DNA from: Thalia democratica
Lineage: Eukaryota
Reading direction: 5' to 3'
DNA length: 64,000 nucleotides
NCBI GenBank assembly: GCA_965202585.1
Contig: OZ241831.1
Location: 28,520,001 to 28,584,000, forward strand
The translations under genes were made by a program, and so were the position numbers. Position 1 is the stretch's first letter, and each line of letters begins with the position of its first letter. This document shows, piece by piece, positions 51,427 to 64,000 of this stretch. Under the pieces are notes generated by a model that was not told the DNA's origin, did no database searches, and saw only the letters and a list, made by a program, of their open reading frames with translations.

Positions 51427-53599
51427 ACATTGTATGAAGGCTATTTTTGTGAATCTTTTCAAAATTTCAATTTAAATTTAGCTCGAACATTATCTATAAC
51501 AATTAAAATATTAAGCTAAAAGAAAAAAAGTTTTCAACCTTAAAATAGTTGCTTTCTAGTGTGTTTTTTATTTATTGTTTTTAATGTCAAAATATAGGTT
51601 TGTTTTGACTTTAGTATGAGGAATTTTGAGTATTTTCTGTTGTAACATGTTGTAAATATTTTGTTGATGTTTAATATATATTCTTGATGAAAAAAAAAAC
51701 ACGTTCTACTGAAATTATTCAACGAAGACTTCAAACATCTAGTATAGTCCGTTTTTACTATTAAAGTACAAATTAAAAGCAATTTATATTAAAACTATTT
51801 TTTTAACTTAATAAAAAACTACAATACTATACAATAACATTAGAAACAAAGAGCACTTTATATAATTTTTAAGCATTAAGTACTGTTTTTTTGAAGCTAG
51901 TCCGACCAAATGAACTTAATTAATATGAACAGTAAGCTGTATCAAAAAACAAATTCAATTTTTATAGGTTTGTTTTTTTACAAATTTCATTCTGTTTTAT
52001 GAAAAATTTATTTGATGTATCTATCTTACTTTTGCGTTTATACTGTGTTATTATTGTTTACTAGTGGTTTGATAAAAAGTACTTAAAATTTTAAGAACAA
52101 AAATACTTTATACAAAATATTTAAGTATAGAATAACATGTGTAACTTTTTTATTTAAAAATATTTGTTACTTATTTAACACTATATGAAAATCCCCAGCT
52201 CAATTAAGATAGTTTACAATAAATTAGTAAATTTCCGACTAACTTTTTTATAAGTAGGATTAACAAAGTTGTATTATTAAAAGTTATAATTCGTTGATAC
52301 TTAACTTTTTTTGGTACGATAAAGTTTACAACTTTAATTTCAAATCATTATAATGAATTACAATCGAGCAAGTAAATGAAGCAATAAAATCAAAATTGAC
52401 ATGATTTTTATTATAATATAATGATACTTGAAATAAAACGCTACTAAATGATTTAATGGTTTTAAAAGTATTTTACTATTTAGTACTTTCATTAAAACTT
52501 TTTTTAGACAAGTAGCTGTTTTAAACAAATAGTATTAAACAACTAATTCATCTGTTTAAGTATGTAGTTTGAGTTTTCTAATTTACCTAAATACCACAGG
52601 CCTTCTTATGGTTAATTAAAACTAATTAAATAAATATTACAAACTTGTAAAAAACTTAGTTTTTTTAAATAGAAGACTTAGTCAATCTACTAGCTAAATA
52701 TTTAAAAAGACAATAAATACCAAAAAAACTATCCTAACCGTTTATACATTAAGTTACACTTAGTAAATAGATAATTAAGTCATAGTTATTTTGTAGAAAT
52801 AACACAATATTAAATATATTTATCGACTTTATTACAAAAGTAAAATCTAGAACCAACTTTTTGTACGCAAGTTTTTTATCAATTAATAACTATGTCTTTT
52901 GAAGGCGTACAATAACTTTTATACAGGCAAAATAATAAATATGCTTAGAAATGTATATTAAAATCATTAAAAGCTTCAAGTATAATTTAAAAAACTTGAC
53001 TTCCGTGTCAAGTGAGTTAAAAATTTTAAAAGTATTTTTAGAAACACTTTTAATATGTAACAAACAGGAGATCTGAGAGGACTCAAATCTAAGGCTGCTA
53101 TTTAGTATTAATAAACCTAAACTATTTTAATAGTTTAACTTAACTACTTTTATATCACTTAGTCAAAAAAAAATTACTTTTAAATTGGTTGTCTTAAAGA
53201 ATCTAACTTATAAAAAACACATTACAATATATACACATGTATTAAAACCAGAAACATAGCTAATCAACAATCCAAACTAACAAAGAAATGGTAGAAACGA
53301 AACAGTACTGACGCTAAAGCTCCCATACAAACTGAATCAATTTGTTTTGATCACCTGTATTGTTACTATAAAAAACGAGAGAGGCAGAAAAAAGAAAGAC
53401 AACTAGCGGAGAGTTTAAAAGTGATTAAAACGTTTTGAAACCAATAAGTCAGGGCTTAGAAAAACCTGATCTTAATACAAATAAACAGGAAAGTAGATTA
53501 CGAAAGGTTATAGAATTTTATAATAGTATACGAAGTTTTTGAAGACAATCCAAACATCAAATGTTACAGTGAAAAAGCTTAATTTTATTTCATGCTGAA

Positions 53600-53790
53600 A
53601 TTTATGCGAAAGGAATATTGCAAAAAATATTTGAAAACTCTGAAAGCGTAGATCCGGAAACGGTGACTGATTGTTTTCGATTAAATGTGACTCGACCGAG
53701 GCAAATGACTAAAATAGACCAATAGTATACGAGTTTGGGTTGTTGATAAACTTTTGGGAATTTTAAAGCAGTCAACATTATAAACATGCT
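53600..53790 (-). pseudogene. LINE RT fragment
   Basis: Reads NRKQSVTVSGSTLSEFSNIFCNIP, like the RKQ.V.....S....I..GVPQG segment of RT. Confidence 0.4.
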
Positions 53791-56534
53791 AAAGTATAAA
53801 GTGTTTTATGACATCATTTTTCAAATAGTAAAGATCTCTTATGATTTATAAACATATTTATTTTATGCTAGCTACATTAAAGTTATAATATAATTACATA
53901 TAATACTGTAGTTAATTTTACAGTAAATCTTTACATGGCAACATAAACAATTTTAAGTAGTCAAATTACTACTAATTCTATTTAGTTTTTATCTTATGTT
54001 AAGCTAACTATCATCTTAATCATCTTTTTTTTAAATTAAAGTCCACAAAAATGTTTAGTTCAAAAGTATAGTGTTGCTTAAGTGTTTGCTTTAAGCTCTC
54101 AAATTCTGTTCTATTATTCATGCACGTACTTAATCGGTCAATACATTATTTATGTACTAAAGTACTTTCATACCAGATTCTTCTTTTTGAATTAAATATT
54201 TTTTTTTTTTGATTTCATAATTTTTGTAGTAAACTGTAGTTATTATGTGTATCCAATCACTATTAAACAAAAAAAAAATATATTAAACAATATGAAGAAT
54301 ATCATAGGATAAAGTTAAATTACAGTTATCAGTTGTTTTTATTTAAACTAAACTTTTGACAAAACATACAATTTTGTTTTTAAACTTTTAAAATATGTAT
54401 TTCATTTTATGCAAGCTTTTTTTTCTAGCAAGTTTATAACTTTACAAACACACTTGAAAAACATTTAAACGTAGAGAGTGAGACTAACAAGCTCACAAGA
54501 AAATACTTATAAGTTTTTGGTATAGTCAGAATCGACAGAAAAAGTCTATTGTACTGAATTAAAAAGCAAGACAAACAAAAAGATCAAAAGTTAATAGTTC
54601 TTTACCTAAATTTATATAGTTTTCATTATATTAATTTTCTTTTTTCAAATAATTTTTCTGTATTTAACCTTTATTTAACACAAAAATAAAGTCAAGTTAA
54701 AGTAAAAAGCAAAATTAATTACTTTAAACTTTTTCATACTTATTTTAGTTAAAAATTAAAAAAAAAAATTTTGAAAGTTTTAATAGATTTCGAGGCATTA
54801 AAAAAGTAGTTTACTGAAACAAAGTTAATTTTAATTGCATATAAAATAAAATTTAATTTATAAATAACAGCTTTATACAAAAACTACGCGCAAATGCTTA
54901 TAAGATTTTATATGATATGCATATTAGGGTGCATCTGTTGCCCCAACTTTAGAGTTAAGCCTAGTTTAACTTTTAGTGCCCTATGCGAGTTTTAATGGAC
55001 CTTAAAAGTTCGACCTTCAAGTGTTTGGCTTAAGTTTTTTGTACATGTAGCATTTATCACAAAAGCACATTCGACGCGTTTTAACACGATTTTAAACAAA
55101 ATCTATAAATATTTTTTTTTTATTCTGTTCTTTTTTTCATTTTTTTTTATTTAAAGTTTTATAGAGAAAATCCAGGAATAGCTCCATGAAACTTTTTTCA
55201 GATTTTTTAAAAACGAGGAGAGGGTGTTTTTGTAACAATTGCTTCATGTCCAAAATTTAAGCTAAAAACGTAAAAATTAAATTTTCAGGTCCCATTATTT
55301 TTACATAAAGATTGTTTTCAGAAAAATGTAAATAGCGCGACGGTGGTAAAAACAAGAAACAAACTTTTTATTCGTGGTCCTTTTATGTAAATTACCACGT
55401 ATGAAAAGTTAAACTAAGCTCTACTGCAAATTTTTTTTCTTCAACTGATGAACTCTATTGCATTACTACGAAACTATGTGCCAAGATATGCAGACTACAG
55501 AGAATGCCCCTCTTTTTAATCAAAATGTACAAAATCATAAGAAACATTTTGTACTAAGAAACTTAACGTTGCGTTTTTTAGTTCATTGATATAACAGAAA
55601 GTGTTTATATAGAACATTTTAAATTAAAACAAAAACTAAAGTTCTTTAACAGATCTTGTCCTGAGACCAAATATTTTAGAGTTTTTCTTTTGTAGTATAA
55701 TAAACTAACAGTAACTTTTTTAAAGAGTCTTTAACGTATGAGATTATTAATTTTTTGCTTTATAAAAACTAAACCAAAGTTCATACAAGTATAAGTTTTT
55801 ATTCTTTTTATTTCTTTATGGTCATTGAAGAATAACTCCTTGTTGTATTAAATGAACTTAATAAGAATGTAAAATATCTGAAATAAGTATAAACATATAA
55901 ACTAAAATGAGCTAAAGGTTAATACTTTTACATCCCCTTCAACTTATTTAAGGAAAAATAAACTTAAAGTAAAACAAAGTTCAAATGAGGGAATCTAGAT
56001 AAGTATAAAATGCATTAAATAAAAATTTAAATAAATTGGATACACTGATAAAATACAATTCGCTTTAACCAAAGAAAACGTTTAAAAAAAAGGATTTTTT
56101 TAAATAAAGCAAACAAATAATATAATTTTCATACATCAACAAATAACAATACAATTAAATTCTACACAATTAAATATATCCAATTAAGGTGAATCCCTTC
56201 TGGCTTTGTTAATATTATCAATTTGCACCTGGGGCATTGAAGTATTTTAACCTAAGCAGAGCAAGAGGTACTTTCTTTTCTTTTGAAACCATAAAAGCAG
56301 TAGTTTGCTCATCCTCAACATACTTATGATCCCCATCAGCTTCATTTGTCTCACCAGTTCTGGCATCGTTCAAACCATCTGAAAACATTGAAGGCGAACA
56401 AGGATATTGATGACTTACATTGTCCTTCTGTGAGCTAGGTTGATCTCGACGCTAACCATGGAATGCCTTTGTATCGATACTTGTTGAGATTAAGCCATTG
56501 CCTTGTTAAAATATTGTTGAGAAAGGATCTTTAA

Positions 56535-56950
56535 GATCCCTTCTCCACTGACGCCCTGATGGGCTTCAGCGTACGCAACATGGCGGAACAAATTTTTTAA
56601 GTCCTGGACGACACATTCTCAACATTTAAGCTGTACTTGTTCCTTGAGGCAGACCGTATTTTAACCGCCTCCGTGGCCCACGTATCTGTCACCTCCTCTG
56701 TCATTGAGTTTCTTGACCGGGGAGTTCCCTTGGCATGCGCAACAGTGATTCTCCCACTACATAGTGACTGGTTTTTCATCTCATAGACTGCATTGTTGGT
56801 GTCACTGGCATCGTCATATTTCTCAAACCCGTACCACTGCTTAAGATTGATGTCACGGATTTTCCCGAATCCCTTGAAGAAGAGCCCCACGTCAAACTCT
56901 TTTGCTTTGGGAGAAAGCCCACCATGAAAACGCGTGTGCCGTTGCTTGAT
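56535..56950 (-). pseudogene. SRSF4/5/6-like: Intronless, decayed SRSF4/5/6 (SRp55/B52-like) fragment: RRM1, linker and start of RRM2
   Basis: Across frameshifts reads TRVF.GGLSPKAKEFDVGLFFKGFGKIRDINLKQWYGFEKYDDASDTNNAVYEM...RITVAHAKG, then YSLNVENVSSR..QDLKNLFRH..VAYAEAHQGVSGEGI. Confidence 0.85.
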
Positions 56951-56999
56951 GAAATTTCTCTATCATTTAAGTTTGCAACAACTTTAGAATGCTGAGGAG

Positions 57000-57440
57000 G
57001 CAGCTGAGAACCAAAAGTGGGAAAATCTCTATTTTTGATTAAAAGTTTGTCCATCGTTTCATACGAGAGAAAAAAATCCAGTCACTGAGTCACTGACACT
57101 GTTGCAGCTGGCTACATCATTCTTTGGAGACATTCCACTAACAGTAGCTCTGAAAGCGCTTAAAATACTTATTGGAATTTTGTTAGCAGCCGGAATTGTG
57201 ATTGATACAGGAAGTAAGTTATTTTTACTAAAACCAGCATCTTGAAAGTCTTCCATACCTTAAGATTTGACTTTGCACCAGTATCAGCTAACGCACTAAC
57301 CATAACAAACTTATTTATGCCGCTTTTAGTGATTTTAACTGATGCACGTGGGTTGTCAAATGTCTTGGCTCTACGCAAATTTCTTTTGTCAAAAATAATG
57401 TTGGTCAACAGAATTCGTTTATTAGCGTGTAATGACATTA
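57000..57440 (-). pseudogene. Gypsy aspartyl protease relic
   Basis: VSALADTGAKSNL (D-T-G motif), then across frameshifts FQDAGFSKNNLLPVSITIPAANKIPISIL. Confidence 0.75.
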
Positions 57441-57571
57441 CTTGTATATTCTGGTGGGTAAAACATCATCATGGATTTGAAAAGCATTAACCTTCTTTAA
57501 CTGGCTACGCCATCAAGAAAAATAATAATAAAGAAATAAGAAAGGTTTTACATTCTGAGTTTCTTTCCCTT

Positions 57572-57934
57572 TCAATGGATAAAACAAATTTTTACAGCGC
57601 TGGCAAGGTACATATTGGGAATTTTCCACTTCATTAAAAGTTTGTCATGAGCACATTGAAACAGTTGTATGCTTGCATTCTGGCTGCTTATGTTTGAATT
57701 AACTTTGAATGCCTTCCACCTGCGAATGTAGGCAAGCCATGTGTCTTGGCTGATCCCACGGTCCTTTTTTGGCCGAATCAGTTGAGGTTCATTTGGCATT
57801 AATACACTTTTTGAGGAATCAGAGTTCTTTTCATGCTCAATTTTATGCAGGTTCAGAAGCCTGTAAACTAACTTACATGAATCATCTGAGGTTTGGTAGC
57901 TGCATTCTTGAAATGGGCATTGTATCACAACCAT
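57572..57934 (-). pseudogene. Gypsy gag N-terminal relic
   Basis: CPFQECSYQT...LLNLHKIEH...PQLIRP...GISQDTWLAYIRRWKAFK...QLFQC, a pattern typical of invertebrate Gypsy gag. Confidence 0.7.
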
Positions 57935-60749
57935 ATTAAGATATTTTACATGAAGAATAACTCCTTGTTGAATTAAGTGAACTTAATAATAATGTAAAAT
58001 ATCTGAAACAAGTATAAACTTATGAACTAAAATGAGCTTAAGCTTAATACTTCTACAGTCATACTTATTTGTTAAACTTTGGGCTATAAAATTAAGTATA
58101 CTTGACTTATATTATATAAGTACTGTGTGCGTTTTTTTTTTTATTACTTATATAACACTTAATTGTGAGTATAGGAAATATAAGTCACAAAAATAATAAA
58201 TTTGTATAGAAATGTCAATTTATTTTGTTCGAAAATCACATAGAATTTCTACGAAGTAAGGTAACTAAACAAAAAAATCTTGAAGATAGTGCGTCTACCT
58301 GACAATATATCAACAACATAAGATTTGATCGGCTAAAAGTATTTAGATTTTAGAATGATAGGAAACTTTACACCAGTTACCAAAAATAAAGGGTTTTTAT
58401 GACAAATAAACACTGAATACTTAATAAGTGTTTTTTTCTTCTAGCTTAAAATATAGTGTTCGAGTAATTATTGTAAAACAAGATGGTTTATCAATATTAT
58501 TGCGTTTGCTCTCTGTTTTAAGGTTAAAACTTAATGTTAGCAAATGAGTATCTCATTGTTGAACCTATTTTTTAATTGGTTAAATTATTAAACTACATAG
58601 TTTTTAAATTTAAACACTGTTTAAGAAAGCATAATTTAAAAAAAAACAAAAATTTTGTAAACAACAAAAAAAGTAAAAGTATTTTGGTTTTTAGCTTATA
58701 GTTAGCCTATAGCTGGGTGTAAGTAAATGAAATAGTAAAAATGTTATTGTTTTTAGTTTAAGTTGTCACAGTTTTATTAACTTACTATGTTTTCTACAGT
58801 TTCAAAAATAAAAAACCTATATTGTTTTTTTTTTAAGTGGTAAAATACTTTAGTGTTTAAAATATAAATTTAAGAGTTTGTTAACAAAAAATCCTAGTAA
58901 AACAAGTTCACTGGAATATATAATAAAAACAAATTATACAGTATCCTTCTTTTTTTGTACCGACATATGTTTCTGTGTGTTAACGGATTAACACACTTCA
59001 ACTGGGTTCTGTAAAAAACAAATACTGTAAGAAAAAGAATAGAAGCTAAGGTAGGTGTATACATGTGTTCATTAAAATAAAAATAATTTCTACAGATTTT
59101 TAGAGGTTAATGGTTAATACTATGTAAAATACTTATTGTTGAATCCGAATGTTATAAAACTATATAATATTTGTAATTATTAAGTCCAAATTAAGTAAAG
59201 TAAACTAAAATACACAATAAAATAACAGATCATAATATAAACTACTTAGATGAGTTGAAGGAAGGACTAATTCAAATCCATTCACCGGTTGCTAACGATT
59301 GAACAAAATATACCTGATAATTACGTCACAATATATATGAACATTAGGATTAGCTATTTAATTTGTATTATAAAGTTAGACAATTTATTCTTTATGTTTG
59401 GAAAAACATTAAAGCGCTTTAATATGAAAAGTAATATGTAATCTATTGTGAATAAAAAATAAAACAACAAACATTAATTATTAGATCAATAAATTTAACA
59501 ACGGTAAAGACCATAAAAGTCACAGGAACTTGATATAATGTATATATTATTTATTAAATTTCAATAATGATTAAATATAAATTATAACAAAATCAAATTT
59601 AGATGCAGTTAAGAAGCAGATTTAGTTCAAATTTAAAAATTGAAAATTTAAGAAAACAAAGCACAAAAAAAAACTTGTTATTAAGCTTACAAAGCACTGA
59701 CCAATGATTAAGTTACGGCGACATACATAAAACAACAATGATTAAAATTGCATATATATTGTATATAATTATTAAAATATTGAAATAACTATTTATTGTT
59801 TTATAAAGAAGTCAAGTTTTTTAATTAAAGATCTTATACAGATATTATAAATATTAAATAATTAAGCTGTGTTATAAATTACACTTTGTGTTTAATACGA
59901 AAGTTAAAATGTAAAACATAAAACAACAAGGTAGTTATATGCTAAGTATAAACCTGCAGTAAAAAGCCTCTAGCCGTTCTATTGGGCGTAGTAGGTAAAA
60001 AAGCACGGTTTATCTGTGATTTGAATACAGGTTTCCAATTAAACTTAGAACTTATCACATAAAGATATGAAGAATTATATTCGGATGGTAAAATGAATTT
60101 ATAAAATGTCAGAGAATAGAAAGTGACATGTGTGAAACAAATATATAAATAATAAAAATATAATTTACTTAGGATATGTAATTAATAATTATATTAATAT
60201 ATGTTAAGTGAATGTGTGTGTTTATGTAAAAGGTAAATGAAAGGTGAGAAAACGCCAAGATGTTATTTGAAGAAGAACCGTCGGTTGTGTACACAGTTTT
60301 TTGAAATATCACGTCTTTTATTTAGTAATTGTTTATTATCTTCTGCTAAAATTGCTTTTCTTTCAAGGTTGCATATTTGAAAGATCTTGCTCGCGCTTTT
60401 TTATATTTTAACTATTTTTATGACTGTATAAAATCTCTGGCTTTTAAATACCTTCAGTTGCTAACTTTTGATATTTATGTTTGATTACTAAATATTAGTC
60501 ATGTTCAAGATGTTAAAAGGCATTTAAGTGGTATGCGAGTCGATAACCGAAAGGTTTTTTCGTGCACTAGTAGATCCTAGGATCAACTATCTAAAGGGAT
60601 TTTTTCGTTGTTCCATAAACAATATTATTAAAATATTGTTATTAAAACTTACAGAATTTTTAAACAGTAAGAATACATACATTTATAGCTTTTATATCGC
60701 ATAAATAAATTGTCATTAGATAAAAAAAGATTTCAAATAACAATTTTTG

Positions 60750-61792
60750 ACGAGCGTGAACGTAGTTTGAGAGCGTTTTTTAGGAATTTTATAAAAACGT
60801 CAAACTTAAGACCCAATTATTTTCCTTATCTTAATAGCTAATTTAAAACTTTTTTTTCTAAAGAACGGTCCTTTGTCTTTATCCTTTATCCTATCTTTAA
60901 TAAATCCAATGAATTGGGGCTTGACATTTTGAGTGAGGCCCATTTAAAAATTTTGTGTTTTTTTTTTATTTATACAATCTTTTCTCCAAAAATTATATTT
61001 TTTTTTCAAATTTTTTTAAAAACATAATTATTAATATGAGTTTAATGATGTTTTAAATTTTTTTTCAATTTTTTTTTATACCATAAGCCTGAATTAACTT
61101 TTCAGCAAAATTCCAATTTTGCACGATTTTTGTTTTTCAGATATACAACTTTTTATACAAATATATTTTTTTTTAGTAACTTTTATCTTTAACATATTTG
61201 TATAGTTATGTTTAATGATGTTGTAATACTTTTTTCCCAGTTTATTATTGCTTTTAAAATATATGACCCATACAAGTTTTACCTAAACTCTTAGCACTTG
61301 AGCAAGAAATCCCTCAAATAGCGTTGCTAAGAATTTAGGTAAAACTTGTATGGGTCATAGATTTTAAAAGCAATGATAAACTGGGAAAAAAGTATCTTAA
61401 CATCATTAAACATAACTATACAAACCTGTTAAAAGTAAAAAATACTAAAATTTTTTTTATTTTTGCATAAAAAGTTGTGTAACTGAAAAACGAAAATCGT
61501 GCAAAATTGGAATCTTCTGAAAAGTTAATTCAGGCTTACTTATGGAATAAAAAAAAATTGAAATAGAAATTATTGTTTTTGTAGAAAAGATTGTTTAAAA
61601 AAAAAACACAAAATTTTTAAATGGGCCCCACTCAAAAAGTCAAACCCCAATTCATAGGATTTAAAAAAAAATAAAGACAAAGGACCATTCTTTAGAAAAA
61701 AGTTTTTAATTATCTAGGAAAAAAATTGGGCTTAAGTTTGGACATTTTTATAAAATTCCTAAAAAACGCTCTCAAGCTAAGTTCACGCTCGT
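60750..61792. mobile_element. 1043-bp foldback element (MULE/FB-like) with 9-bp TSD
   Basis: Ends acgagcgtgaac ... gttcacgctcgt; caatttttg at 60741-60749 and 61793-61801. The arms are mutually inverted almost to the centre (~61310). Confidence 0.88.
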
Positions 61793-64000
61793 CAATTTTT
61801 GTTTGTAATTTTAGATTTGTTAAAGTAAAATTTAAAAAAGAGTAGCTTTTGAATAATATTTGTAATCTGATAAACAAAAAGTTTTTTTTTTAACTATCGA
61901 AATTTTGTTTTTGAAAACTAGTGTATTTGTACTAAGTAAGCTAGAAAAGTAAGTTTAGATTCGTATAGTAATATATAACGAATTAAAAAAAAATATTTCG
62001 AAATAGTTGATTTGATATATATCACATTTTGAAACAAATTTTATGACATGAATAAATTTTATAAACATATAAAAATACTTTAAATTTTTTATTACGCAAT
62101 TATAAAAATAAAACAAAATATCTAAAATAAATCAATCTCGATCAATTTTTTTTTAAATGAATGCGAAACTGAAGCTGGTAAAGTTCTAATTGGTTTAAAT
62201 TGAAAGAAACTTTTAAACTGTGTAATTGATAACAGCCTAATGTACCTTAACACTGTTTGTATATTATTGCTACTTCATAACTAACATAAATAACATAGCC
62301 ATTCCACATACTAATTCAGGATACATAAAATTATTTAGGCTTGAATTTGTATTAAAATAAGGAAAAAACTATTATTTTCAAAATGTAGTGTAATTTATCA
62401 TTGAAAAGAACTGTAAATAGTTTACTAAAGTATAATGTTTAGCCATATTTTTATAGGCTAGAAAACCCTACTTAAAAGTTAATGTTGAGTATAAGTTTAA
62501 GTTCTTAATTAAATAAAGTTTAAGTATACTAAATAAAAATTTCTGTTTTAATTTTGTTTAAAAGCAAAAAGTTATAATAATAGAATTTGTTATAGCAAAT
62601 AATTTTTTTTGAATAATTTTAAATTTTTATAGATTTAGCATTTGAATATATTCTTTACTCAAACTATTCAACTATTTAGCTATAAAGTTTAATATCTTTA
62701 TTCTTTAGTTAAAAAAATATTTGGAGCTACTGAGATAGTATTATAATTTTGTGTGCCCCAATTGGTGTATACTTTTTTTTCCTATCAGTTAATGCAGGAT
62801 ATTTGCCACTCACTCAGGATACTTTAGTTTACTCATTCAAGTTAAAAAAATTTATAGGTATTTAAAAAAAAACTCAGGTTTAGTTTAATGCAAAAAAAAT
62901 AACTTTTTACCTCTTCCTTTTAAAAATTTACTGAAAGTTTAAAGTAAGAATAAATATTTTAAAGTGCACTTAACTTTTTTTTTCTTTAACATAATATGTT
63001 TTTTTTTAATTTGATTGCCTATGACATTGTTTAAGAACTCCATTGGGACTGTAACTGTACTTAATTCTTTTTTCTAATAAAGTTAAAACATTAAAAAGTG
63101 AATGAAATTGAAAAAAATTTCAGGATAAAATAAATAAACATATATATATATATATATGTACATTAAGTCTTAGTGTGACTTTTAATGACTTAAGGTGATG
63201 AAGTGCTTGCTAACAAGAACAATCTTTAATAAATAGTGTGCAGGAAGAAAATAAAGTTAAGTTTAAAAGACTTCATTCAAGTGATTCTTTTTGTTTTAAC
63301 TAAGTAAATCACTTTATTTATTTGGCTGTATTTAAGCAAACTCTGCACATTTTTAAGCTACAAATGTTGAGTTATACTATTTCTTTATTTAGTTGTTTTA
63401 AACTATTTTAGTATGTTTACTAGAAAATAAAATTTAACATTTTATAATTAATTAAAGCTTTCTTAACAGATTAAATTCATTTATTTTTATAACAAAACAT
63501 TTTTTTACTAAAATAACATTGGATCTTATATGAAAGCTTTGAGTACAAACCACAAGCCAGTTTTTATAGAATTAAAAAATATTATTTAACTTGTGAGATA
63601 TTGTAATTTTTATAAAAAGTTTACGATTCAAAAGTATTGACCACAAATTTTTCAGGGTCAATTTTTTCAGAAATTTAAAAAATCACTATAAACCTATCTT
63701 CTCTTTCATTTTTTTAGATAAAGACCTCAAATTTTCAGAAAAGGTTCCTTAAATAGTTTAAAAGACTTCGAATGTTGAAATTTTAGAAATATTAAAATAT
63801 AAAAATTTCAGATTAAAAAAAAAATCCTGCATTCAATCTTTTTTAAATTAAATAATACACTTTTTGTGAATATTTGAAGAAGATTGCTTAAAAAATGAAG
63901 GAGGATATAGATTTTTACTGAAATGGTCTTTTTTTTTTGTTTTTAGTTTGCGCTTTCCTTTAGATTTCCACCAACTTTGACTGCTCATGTCTTAAAAAAA

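Larger units (their letters stand above)
55826..58057 (-). mobile_element. Non-autonomous Gypsy-type LTR retrotransposon (2232 bp) with captured host cDNA
   Basis: 107-bp TG...CA LTRs (55826-55932 and 57951-58057), TSD GTCAT on both sides, and PPT GAAGGGGA next to the 3' LTR. Contains gag and protease relics; no RT, RNase H or integrase core is recognisable. Confidence 0.9.

Noticed and set aside
55445-55480. CTGATGA...CGAAAC hammerhead-like spacing
   Set aside because: No pairing for stem II or stem I and no NUH triplet.
1-64000. CRISPR arrays, rRNA, tRNA, prokaryotic operons
   Set aside because: No regularly spaced direct repeats, cloverleafs or rRNA-like tracts were seen; the architecture is spliced and TE-rich eukaryotic.

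Overview
Very AT-rich eukaryotic (metazoan, invertebrate-like) genomic DNA. There is no prokaryotic operon structure, no CRISPR array and no recognisable rRNA or tRNA. Host genes: (i) two paralogous, intronless, minus-strand secreted S1 (chymotrypsin-fold) protease genes (36716-38359 and 46797-48437), each with a catalytic-type domain followed by a dead second domain, lying in a ~3.7 kb duplicated block; (ii) scattered spliced exons of unidentified genes (1.3 kb, 9.5-11.7 kb, probably 23.1 kb and 50.7 kb). The rest is a dense transposon landscape: decayed CR1/L2-type LINEs, two Penelope-like element (PLE) families with inverted pseudo-LTR structures, several MITE/foldback elements (three with clean target-site duplications), and four minimal hammerhead ribozyme motifs (two with an intact or near-intact core). 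The most striking objects are: a 2.2 kb Gypsy-type LTR element (107-bp LTRs, PPT, 5-bp TSD) whose pol region is replaced by an intronless SRSF4/5/6 splicing-factor fragment; palindromic-stem-III hammerheads bracketing the protease block; and a dispersed ~41-nt two-stem motif showing compensatory substitutions across six copies. All assignments come from reading motifs by eye; no database searches were run.
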